Of a stretch of DNA of 64,000 bases, positions 20,271-28,545 are shown in pieces. Origin of the DNA: Candidatus Bathyarchaeia archaeon (GTDB lineage Archaea > Thermoproteota > Bathyarchaeia > Bathyarchaeales > Bathycorpusculaceae); NCBI GenBank assembly GCA_038883715.1, contig JAVZLS010000002.1, forward strand, positions 73,582 through 137,581. The letters run 5' to 3'. A program made the position numbers and the translations under genes. Below the pieces are notes generated by a model that did not search any database, had not been told where the DNA came from, and saw nothing but the letters and a program-made list of their open reading frames with translations. Every line of letters begins with the position of its first letter. The stretch's first letter is position 1.

Positions 20271-20792
20271 ATGGACGTTTTCGAAGCCATAAAAGGAAGA
20301 CGCAGCATAAGAGCCTTCAAAGATGCTGACATTTCAACTGAAACCGTTGAGAAACTCATTGACGCCGCTAGATGGGCTCCCTCCGCTGGGAATATCCAGC
20401 CATGGGAGTTCATAGTTGTCCGTAACCCAGAAACTAAAAAGCGGCTGGCTGAAGCTGCGTTAGGGCAATCCTTCATCGAGGAGGCGCCAGTCGTAATTGT
20501 TGTATGCGCAGATGAGGAGCGTTCTGCAAGAGGCTATGGCGCACGTGGAAGAACCCTTTACTGCATACAGGACACGGCTGCAGCCATACAAAACATTCAT
20601 TTGGCAGCCTACGCAATAGGTTTGGGCACGTGCTGGATTGGAGCCTTCAGAGAAGAGGAAGCAAGAAAAATCCTGCAAGTTCCAGAAGGCGTAAGACCAG
20701 TAGCCATGATACCAGTTGGCTACCCGGCTGAGTCTCCACCGCTGAGGAGTAGGCGACCCTTAAAGCAGATAATCCATTATGAAAAGTTTTAG
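20271..20792 (+). CDS. Nitroreductase family protein
   Basis: RRSIRAF, APSAGNIQPWEF, GLGTCWIG; ATG at 20271 preferred. Confidence 0.93.
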   Translation: MDVFEAIKGRRSIRAFKDADISTETVEKLIDAARWAPSAGNIQPWEFIVVRNPETKKRLAEAALGQSFIEEAPVVIVVCADEERSARGYGARGRTLYCIQDTAAAIQNIHLAAYAIGLGTCWIGAFREEEARKILQVPEGVRPVAMIPVGYPAESPPLRSRRPLKQIIHYEKF

Positions 20793-20811
20793 GAGAGCGC
20801 CAACTTTGAAA

Positions 20812-21570
20812 ATGCGAAGCTACTATTTGGGCGAACTAACATGGGTTGATGTAGAAGAGTTCCTGAAAGTACATAAAACCGTGGTTGTGCCTGTCGGAAG
20901 CTGTGAGCAGCATGGTCCTCATTTGCCACTAGACACGGACGCTTATGACGCCTTTTGGCTTTCCATGAAGGCTGCTGAAAAAGCAGAATGCGCCCTTGTG
21001 GCTCCACCCATATATTATGGCGTTTCGCTACACCACATGGGCTTTCCGGGAACAATAACACTGAATCCGCAAACTTTTGAGCAAATGGCCTATGAAGTGG
21101 GCGCGTGCCTAACAAAGCATGGATTCACAAAAATACTTTTTGAAAACGGCCACGGCGGAAACACCCCAGCCCTAGAGGCCGCAGCCCAGAGAATTAAGGC
21201 TGAAACCGGCGCTTTCGTAGCCATAGACACAGTCAGCCTCATACCAGACTTCATAGAACAGTTCATAGAAACATTCTATGATGCGCATGCCGGAGAGTTC
21301 GAAACATCCACAACGCTGGCCAACCGCGAAAACGCTGTTGCCAAGGAAAGAATTACAAAGCCGAGGCTAAACCTTCCAAAGTCGAAGTACACAAAAATTG
21401 GACTGAAGGAGGTTGGGCCAAAAGTTTCATGGGCTTTCGGAACAAGAGAGATTAGCAACACTGGCGTAATAGGCGACCCAACAAAAGCTTCAAAGGAGAA
21501 AGGCGAAAAGGCTTGGCGGCTTGCCATAGAGCGGTTGGCGGAACTTTTAAAAGAACTGGACAACATGTAA
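20812..21570 (+). CDS. Creatininase (creatinine amidohydrolase) family protein
   Basis: GSCEQHGPHLPLDTD, NGHGGN, HAGEFETS, GVIGDP; start at 20812, or TTG at 20806. Confidence 0.9.
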   Translation: MRSYYLGELTWVDVEEFLKVHKTVVVPVGSCEQHGPHLPLDTDAYDAFWLSMKAAEKAECALVAPPIYYGVSLHHMGFPGTITLNPQTFEQMAYEVGACLTKHGFTKILFENGHGGNTPALEAAAQRIKAETGAFVAIDTVSLIPDFIEQFIETFYDAHAGEFETSTTLANRENAVAKERITKPRLNLPKSKYTKIGLKEVGPKVSWAFGTREISNTGVIGDPTKASKEKGEKAWRLAIERLAELLKELDNM

Positions 21571-21595
21571 ACACAAACAACCACAGTGTGGTTTT

Positions 21596-21997
21596 ATGAG
21601 CAATTTGGAAGAAGGTTTAAGATGGCTAGACCAGGCAGAAGCCGATTTCAAAACAGCCAAAGACTGCTTGGAAGATGGAAACTATTATGCGTGTGCCTTT
21701 TTCGCCCAGCAGTCGGCTGAAAAAGCGTTGAAAGGTTTCCTATATTCAAAGGGCTACAGAGCCCTTATAACGCATTCCGTCACCGAGCTTCTTGAGGAAG
21801 CCTCAAGGGTCGAGGGAAACTTTGGAAGGTTTGGTGATTATGGAAGAGAGCTTGATAGACATTACATTGGTTCCAGATACCCCAACTTTTATCCAAAAGG
21901 ACCCGCATACAAGTATTATACGGAGGAAATAGCCCGAAGATGCTTAAATTACGCAGAGTTAATATTGAAAGAAGTGAAGAGGTTTTTGAGAAAATAA
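21596..21997 (+). CDS. HEPN domain protein (toxin-like)
   Basis: W..QA..D...A, ACFFAQQSAEKALK, THS, LDRHYIGSRYP. Confidence 0.9.
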   Translation: MSNLEEGLRWLDQAEADFKTAKDCLEDGNYYACAFFAQQSAEKALKGFLYSKGYRALITHSVTELLEEASRVEGNFGRFGDYGRELDRHYIGSRYPNFYPKGPAYKYYTEEIARRCLNYAELILKEVKRFLRK

Positions 21998-22287
21998 GGG
22001 CTTATGTAAACGAGGTTGTCAACCGTCTTAACCCACAGCTAGTCATTCTTTTCGGCTCCTTTGCCACCGGCGACATAAATGAAGGCTCGGATGTTGATAT
22101 ACTCGTTGTTGCGGATTTTAAGGAAGGCTTTCTTGAACGTATAGGAACGCTGATGAAATTGAATACTTTTGGCATACCAGTAGAGCCTTTAGGCTACACG
22201 CCCGAGGAGTTTGAAGATATGAAAAGGCGGAAAACCCCATTCATTTTAGAAGTTTTGGAGAAGGGCAGGATCCTTTACAAGTCGTAA
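21940..22287 (+). CDS. Minimal nucleotidyltransferase (MNT, antitoxin-like)
   Basis: LFGSFATGDINEGSDVDILVV (GSx10DxD), YTPEEF. Confidence 0.9.
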   Translation: MLKLRRVNIERSEEVFEKIRAYVNEVVNRLNPQLVILFGSFATGDINEGSDVDILVVADFKEGFLERIGTLMKLNTFGIPVEPLGYTPEEFEDMKRRKTPFILEVLEKGRILYKS

Positions 22288-22347
22288 GTATGCGGTTGCG
22301 TCAAACTTAATATATTTGGCTTGTTCCTATCAACGTGAGGGTCAATT

Positions 22348-24111
22348 TTGTTTTACTCTGAAATTGCTGACGCCTACGAAAAAATTGAAGCCACAACCAA
22401 AAGGCTTGAAATGACAGATCTGCTAGTAGACCTCCTAAAAAGGACGCCTAAAGAAATAATTGACAAAGTTGTTTACCTAACGCAAGGCAAAATTTATCCA
22501 GACTTTGTTAAGCTCGAAATTGGTGTGGCTGAAAGACTTGCCATAAAGGCCCTCGCCCACGCTTCTGGGCGTCGGGAAAGCGAAATTGAAGAGGACATGA
22601 AAAAAAGTGGAGACATCGGCGAGACCGCCCAGAAGTTCATAGCTCAAAAACGGCAGCTAACCTTCTTCCAGAAACCATTAACCGTCCAAAGAGTCTACGA
22701 AACCCTTGACAAAATGGCGCGGTCTTCAGGGTCTGGGGCTGTTGACACAAAGATTACGCTTCTGGCCGGGCTCTTGGCTGACGCCACACCAAAAGAGGCC
22801 AAATACATTATGCGGACGGTTACTGGAAACCTCCGCTTGGGCATTGCAGACATGACGGTGCTTGATGCTTTAGCAGTAGCCTACGGCGGCGGAAAGGAAA
22901 CCCGCGAACTAGTGGAACGCGCCTACAACATATCATCAGACCTCGGAAGAGTGGCTAAAGTGCTCGCCGAAGAAGGTCTAGAAGGCATAAAAAAGTTTAA
23001 GGTTGTTGTAGGCGAGCCCATAAGGCCCATGCTCGCTGAAAGGCTCTCATCGCCTGAAGAAATCCTTGAAAAATTGGGCGGCAAATGCATAGCCGAATAC
23101 AAGTACGACGGCGAAAGAATCCAAGCCCACAAGAAAGGCGACGATATAACGCTTTTTTCAAGGCGCCTAGAAGACATTTCAGACCAATATCCGGACGCCA
23201 TCGAACTTTTAAAACGGCATGTTCTAGCCAAAGAGGCCATAGTGGAGGCTGAATGCGTAGCCATAGACCCCGACACTGGCGAGATGCGACCCTTCCAAGA
23301 GCTTATGCACCGCAGGCGCAAATACGGCATAGAAAAGGCCATGGAAGAATACCCAGTATCACTTTTCATGTTCGACGCCTTATACGTTGACGGAAAAGAC
23401 TTGACGCTTAAACCATACCCCGTTCGGCGAAAAACCTTGGAGAGCATAATCAAAGAAAGCGAAAGGGTGAAAATAGCTAAATCCATAATTACAGGCGACA
23501 TTAAAGACCTTGAAAACTTCTTCCTAGAAGCCATAGAAGATGGATGCGAAGGCCTAGTATGCAAATCAATAAACGAAGACTCGATTTATCAAGCAGGCGC
23601 AAGAGGCTGGCTATGGATAAAATATAAGCGGGACTACAAAAGCGAAATGACAGACACCGTAGACCTAGTCGTGGTCGGCGCCTTCTATGGACGAGGAAAA
23701 CGGGCAGGAACATACGGCGCCCTATTATTGGCTGCTTACAACCCAGAAAACGACACCTTCGAAACAGTAACAAAATGCGGGACGGGCTTTACGGACGAGG
23801 ACTTGGCAAAACTCCCCCAAATGATGAAAAAACACGTCATACCACATAAACATCCAAGAGTAAACTCGCTTATTGAAGCGGATGTTTGGTTCGAACCAAA
23901 AGTAGTCATAGAAGTGTTAGGAGCAGAAATAACCCTAAGCCCCATCCACACATGCGCCATAAACACCATACGCCAAGGAAGCGGCCTAGCCATACGCTTT
24001 CCGCGTTTTACAGGCAATTACAGAATAGACAAGGCAGCAGAAGACGCAACAACCACCAGCGAAATAGTTGAAATGTACCAGAAGCAATTAAAGAAAATTG
24101 CTGAAAGTTAA
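22348..24111 (+). CDS. lig: ATP-dependent DNA ligase
   Basis: EYKYDGER motif I, EGLVCK, WIKYKRDY, AIRFPRF. Confidence 0.97.
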   Translation: MFYSEIADAYEKIEATTKRLEMTDLLVDLLKRTPKEIIDKVVYLTQGKIYPDFVKLEIGVAERLAIKALAHASGRRESEIEEDMKKSGDIGETAQKFIAQKRQLTFFQKPLTVQRVYETLDKMARSSGSGAVDTKITLLAGLLADATPKEAKYIMRTVTGNLRLGIADMTVLDALAVAYGGGKETRELVERAYNISSDLGRVAKVLAEEGLEGIKKFKVVVGEPIRPMLAERLSSPEEILEKLGGKCIAEYKYDGERIQAHKKGDDITLFSRRLEDISDQYPDAIELLKRHVLAKEAIVEAECVAIDPDTGEMRPFQELMHRRRKYGIEKAMEEYPVSLFMFDALYVDGKDLTLKPYPVRRKTLESIIKESERVKIAKSIITGDIKDLENFFLEAIEDGCEGLVCKSINEDSIYQAGARGWLWIKYKRDYKSEMTDTVDLVVVGAFYGRGKRAGTYGALLLAAYNPENDTFETVTKCGTGFTDEDLAKLPQMMKKHVIPHKHPRVNSLIEADVWFEPKVVIEVLGAEITLSPIHTCAINTIRQGSGLAIRFPRFTGNYRIDKAAEDATTTSEIVEMYQKQLKKIAES

Positions 24112-24196
24112 GTAAACTTGCTCTGCTGCATAACGTTCAAAGCATAGTTAAACTAATAAATTGCTTAGATGAATAATTTTGTGAGGGGGAGATAAG

Positions 24197-27082
24197 TTGA
24201 AAAATATTTGCACATCCCTCCTTATAGCAACACTTACCTTGGCAGGCACGTTGCAGCTGTTCATAACTAGGGTTTCCAACGCAAATCCAGAAACGATATT
24301 ATATGTCTCTCCGTCTGCAACAAGAGTCCATGTCAGTGAAATATTCTCCGTAAACATTTCTATCCAAAACGTCATCGACCTATATGCATTCCACTTATTC
24401 TTAAAATATAACACAACATTTCTGGATGCGCTAGGCGTCTACGTTTATCCACCTTTCAATACAGGCCCGATACTTCCCCCGGTAATAAGTGAGCCCAACG
24501 GCTGCATCGAGGTTTCTGGCGTTATAGGTTTTCCAGGTCAAGGCTTCTGGGGAAGTTTCCCCCTAGTAAATATAACCTTTAAAGCGACATCTTTTGGATA
24601 TAGCTACTTGCGTCTCTGCGATACTGAATTATGGAACTCCATGTCGAGTCCGATAACTCATGTAACAGCGGATGGAGCAGTCGAAATTTATATTTGGACC
24701 GGAACTGTTCATATCCGGGGCGATGGAGGCATCGATCCGCCAGATGCGCCCATAATAACATATGATAATATAACTTACGCTTTTGTAGGCGATATTAATG
24801 GTTCAATAGTGATTGAGAGAAGTTACATAACTCTAGATGGTGCTGGATACACTCTACAAGGAGTAGGCGCTGAGTTTGGAATACAATCTGTTAGCGCCGT
24901 TAATGTAACTGTTCAAAACATTAAAATCACCGGTTTCCAAATAGCCCTAGACATTTGTCAGGCAAGATACTGGGTTATAACCAACAACAGCATAACGAAT
25001 AACGGTGTGGGAATACGCGTCTACTACCTCTCCAGTAATAACACCGTAATTGAAAACCATATCGTAAACAACGGTAACGGAATCAAGATTTCAGCATACG
25101 CAAAGTCTAACAATATTGTAAACAATACAATTGTTGACTGTGATATTGGAGTAGTCATCACGTCTTTTTATTCTGAAGATGGTTACAACAATGTTATGGG
25201 AAACTGGTTCATAAATAACGATTGTGGCGTTTTCATAGATAAGCCAGAACACAACACATTCTACCATAACAACTTCGTTTCAAACGCTTACCAAGTTTAC
25301 ATTTATGGTGAAACGGAAAACATATGGGATAATGGAAGCGAAGGCAACTACTGGAGCGACTACAATGGAACAGATGCAAACGGCGACGGCATAGGCGACA
25401 CACCATACATCATCAACCAAAACAATATGGACAACTATCCATTGATGCAACCCTGGGCCCCTCCATGGGGCGACTGGAAACACTACCACAGCTACAATGA
25501 AATCGTAAGCACACTACTTTTCCTAAACAGCAGCTTCCCAAAAATCGTTGAAGTCTTTTCAATCGGAAAAAGCCACCAAGGAAGAGAAATCTACTGCATA
25601 AGACTGACAAACGAAACAAATGCTTTTCTCAAACCCGAAGTGTTATTTGTTGGATACCACCATGCACGTGAGCCTATAAGTGCAGAATTGCCCTTGTACT
25701 TCGCTCTATCCGCTGCGGTCGGTTATGGAGCAAATCAAACTATAACTTACCTAATAAACAATTGCGAAATTTACATTGTAGTGGCCTTAAACGTTGATGG
25801 TTTCGACTTGTTCAATGCTAACGACTGGCAAAGAAAAAATGCTTGTCCTGTTGATGAAGATGACGATGGCCTTTTTGATGAGGATCCCCCCGAAGATGAG
25901 GATGGAGACGGGTTTATCGAGCAACTTATTAACTACACTGATCCGGAGAATCCTGTTTTAATTGGTTGGGAGGGAATCGACAACGACGGTGATGGCCTTT
26001 CTGGAGAAGACTGGATAGGAGGAGTTGATCTGAATCGAAACTACAATTATGCTTGGGAACAAGGGACTTCAAACAAGCGGTCTGAATTGTATAAAGGTTC
26101 TAAACCATTCTCAGAACCTGAGACGCAAGCAATAAGAGATTTAGTTCAACAGCACAATTTCATGTATGCAATTAGTTTCCATTCCGGAATGGAAATGATA
26201 CTGTATCCATGGGGATGCACTCGTAACCCACCTCCCGACGAAGCCAGATATAAAGAAATTGCCAATGAACTTTCGCTGGCCAGTGGTGGAACACCGTATA
26301 TGCAGTCTTCTTTCGGTGCAGGACTTGTTTATGGCATTTGGGATGATTGGATGTACGGGACGAAAGGCGTCTTTGCACTTACATGCGAAATTTTCTACAA
26401 CGAAACCTGGGAAGGAATAAGCGAACCAGGACCCTACCCAAACACAAGGTGGGAAGGTGGAATAAAATACTGGTTTAATCCATTCCCCAATGGGATAGAA
26501 GCCACCATACAGCGTTGGCTGCCAGTTTTTACCTGCATAACAAATAGAACAATAAGCGAGTTTCAATATCGCAATATTGCAGTGACCGGCGTAACAGTTC
26601 TTAAATCAATAGTTGGACAAGGCTTCGCCATGAACATAAGCGTCAAAATCGCCAACTATGGTGAGTTTATGGTAACCTTCAACGTTACAGCCTTTGCTAA
26701 CGAAACATCGATAGGAACAAAAGAAGTCACACTTGAAGGCAATTCATCTTTAAGCCTTACCTTCACATGGAACACAACGAGCTATGCGAAAGGCAACTAT
26801 ACGCTTTGGGCTTATGCATGGCCAGTACAAGGCGAAACAGACATAGAGGACAACATTTTAGCAGCGCCCTTCATGGTTAGTATTGTTATACCCGGAGATG
26901 GCAACCTCAACGGCAGAATCGAGATACTTGATGTTGTCTTAGTTACAAGCCGATACGGCGCAAAAAAAGGCGATACCAATTACGATCCAAACGTTGACTG
27001 GAACAGCGACGGAAAAATCGACATACTAGACGTCGTAATAGTAACAAGCCGATACGGCCACGCTGAACCATACTTTTTCTGA
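24197..27082 (+). CDS. Secreted modular M14 zinc carboxypeptidase: cohesin, NosD-like beta-helix, M14, CARDB, dockerin
   Basis: Signal peptide; cohesin-like LYVSP..FSVNISI.NV.DLYAF..LKYN; GNYWSDY..D..GDGIGDTPY; HHAREP, RKN, GVDLNRNY, SFHS, CEIF; C-terminal GDGNLNGRIEILD / DWNSDGKIDILD. Confidence 0.88.
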   Translation: MKNICTSLLIATLTLAGTLQLFITRVSNANPETILYVSPSATRVHVSEIFSVNISIQNVIDLYAFHLFLKYNTTFLDALGVYVYPPFNTGPILPPVISEPNGCIEVSGVIGFPGQGFWGSFPLVNITFKATSFGYSYLRLCDTELWNSMSSPITHVTADGAVEIYIWTGTVHIRGDGGIDPPDAPIITYDNITYAFVGDINGSIVIERSYITLDGAGYTLQGVGAEFGIQSVSAVNVTVQNIKITGFQIALDICQARYWVITNNSITNNGVGIRVYYLSSNNTVIENHIVNNGNGIKISAYAKSNNIVNNTIVDCDIGVVITSFYSEDGYNNVMGNWFINNDCGVFIDKPEHNTFYHNNFVSNAYQVYIYGETENIWDNGSEGNYWSDYNGTDANGDGIGDTPYIINQNNMDNYPLMQPWAPPWGDWKHYHSYNEIVSTLLFLNSSFPKIVEVFSIGKSHQGREIYCIRLTNETNAFLKPEVLFVGYHHAREPISAELPLYFALSAAVGYGANQTITYLINNCEIYIVVALNVDGFDLFNANDWQRKNACPVDEDDDGLFDEDPPEDEDGDGFIEQLINYTDPENPVLIGWEGIDNDGDGLSGEDWIGGVDLNRNYNYAWEQGTSNKRSELYKGSKPFSEPETQAIRDLVQQHNFMYAISFHSGMEMILYPWGCTRNPPPDEARYKEIANELSLASGGTPYMQSSFGAGLVYGIWDDWMYGTKGVFALTCEIFYNETWEGISEPGPYPNTRWEGGIKYWFNPFPNGIEATIQRWLPVFTCITNRTISEFQYRNIAVTGVTVLKSIVGQGFAMNISVKIANYGEFMVTFNVTAFANETSIGTKEVTLEGNSSLSLTFTWNTTSYAKGNYTLWAYAWPVQGETDIEDNILAAPFMVSIVIPGDGNLNGRIEILDVVLVTSRYGAKKGDTNYDPNVDWNSDGKIDILDVVIVTSRYGHAEPYFF

Positions 27083-27092
27083 TTGCGACTAT

Positions 27093-27203
27093 ATGGGAGA
27101 TTGCGGGCGCTTGTTATAAAGATGGAATGGGAGAAATCGAGTAACAATACTAGACCTTGTCTCAATTACAAGGGTGTATGGCGCTATGCCAAGGCTTAAA
27201 TAG
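27093..27203 (+). pseudogene. Decayed dockerin fragment
   Basis: One frame reads MGDCGRLL*RWNGRNRVTILDLVSITRVYGAMPRLK*, matching the dockerin half-repeat of neighbours (DWNSDGKIDILDVVIVTSRYG); in-frame TAA at 27117-27119. Confidence 0.6.
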
Positions 27204-27235
27204 CATTTTCAACCAAATTAACTTGGTGGTCGTGG

Positions 27236-27460
27236 TTGTTAAAAACTAAGAATCACCTTGCGTTAACCTTTATGGCTGTTCTATTGATTATGCCGTTGTT
27301 TCAAATGGTGTCTGCAACTATTATGAATACGAAGCCACCAGACGTTAACAGTGGCGGCTATTTCCATGAACGTGATGAGCTTAGAACCGCCAGAAACATT
27401 AAATGGCTTGAATGGTGGGTAACAGTAACCCTCAGACTTTTCGGAATCGAGCCGCGATAA
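27236..27460 (+). CDS. Small secreted hypothetical peptide
   Basis: Signal peptide ending VSA; upstream AAGGCTTAAATA and GGTGG; downstream C/T tract. Confidence 0.5.
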   Translation: MLKTKNHLALTFMAVLLIMPLFQMVSATIMNTKPPDVNSGGYFHERDELRTARNIKWLEWWVTVTLRLFGIEPR

Positions 27461-27604
27461 ACAAACATCCTTTTTCTCTATCGATTTTTAAAGGATGAAA
27501 AGTCTCTAACCATTCGAGTTGTTCTCTAGAGGATTATTCCATAATTTTTAAAAAACCGTTTGTGCATTTATTTCCTAGCCACAAGGAGGAAGGAGAGCAC
27601 TCAA

Positions 27605-27877
27605 ATGGAAAGTAAACTGTTATTATCGGCGCTTGCTCTGGTTATAATAATGCTGCTGACGCCCCAGCAGACCAGTGCACAAATCAGGGGTGACATAGAC
27701 GGCGACGGCGACGTAGACATAATCGATATAACACTTGCAGCAAGCCAATATGCAAAAAAGCCTGAAGACCAAGATTACAACAGTACCATTGTTGAAAAGG
27801 CCGATTTGGCTCCACCATTCAACGGCATCATAAACATATTAGACATGGTTACTTTGGCAAGCTGTTATTCTGGTTAA
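27605..27877 (+). CDS. Stand-alone secreted dockerin (signal peptide plus dockerin only)
   Basis: ATG 27605 after AGGAGGAAGGAG; GDIDGDGDVDIIDI...ADLAPPFNGIINILDM. Confidence 0.82.
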   Translation: MESKLLLSALALVIIMLLTPQQTSAQIRGDIDGDGDVDIIDITLAASQYAKKPEDQDYNSTIVEKADLAPPFNGIINILDMVTLASCYSG

Positions 27878-27963
27878 AACCAACACCGCCTTTTTTTCTT
27901 TTTTGTCGAGAAGTAAAAGCTTAAATTTTTTTTAAACTAAATTTCAAAGGGTTAACGTTTATA

Positions 27964-28464
27964 ATGGCCGGCTTCAAAAAAATTGTTAAGACAATTGCTG
28001 AAAATAAATTTGATATTGCAGTGGTTATTTTGTGCTCCTTTGTAGTGTCTTGCCTTGTCATAAAAGTTTATTGGATGGCATATAACACGAGGCCTCGTTT
28101 GCAAAATGAGAAGCCCCTCCGACCGTCATACGATCTTAGCAGCTTTGAGTCCGTCGACTTATTAATTATCATTCTTGCTGGAATAATTTTGGGTGTTTCC
28201 ATAACAGACGTTAAGAAAATGCTTTATGGTTATGCTGGAGCAATGTTTCTAGCCTATTTTATCAGTGTTGCATTCTTCTTCTGTCACACGTGGTTTTTGA
28301 AGGGTTTCCAATATGGTTTAAGTTCTATCCCATACGGTTGGGAGTGGGCACTTCTTGCCGCAGTACTTGACGCGTTCGTTTTAATGGTGCCTTGGGCTGT
28401 GTGTTTATGTTTGGTTGGGATGATCGTAGGCGCCTTTGTTAGAGTGTGGGTCTCACCATTCTGA
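27964..28464 (+). CDS. Membrane protein (4 TM)
   Basis: Four hydrophobic segments; own BRE/TATA-like element. Confidence 0.7.
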   Translation: MAGFKKIVKTIAENKFDIAVVILCSFVVSCLVIKVYWMAYNTRPRLQNEKPLRPSYDLSSFESVDLLIIILAGIILGVSITDVKKMLYGYAGAMFLAYFISVAFFFCHTWFLKGFQYGLSSIPYGWEWALLAAVLDAFVLMVPWAVCLCLVGMIVGAFVRVWVSPF

Positions 28465-28545
28465 CTTTTTCATTTACTCAGAGACTCTTCCACAGAAAAA
28501 GCTTAAATTAGCGATGGCGAAAGTTTACTTCAATCTGGTGATAAG

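Noticed and set aside
487-23773. Numerous 60-210 aa antisense or alternate-frame ORFs in the track
   Set aside because: They overlap well-supported genes and lack protein-like motifs
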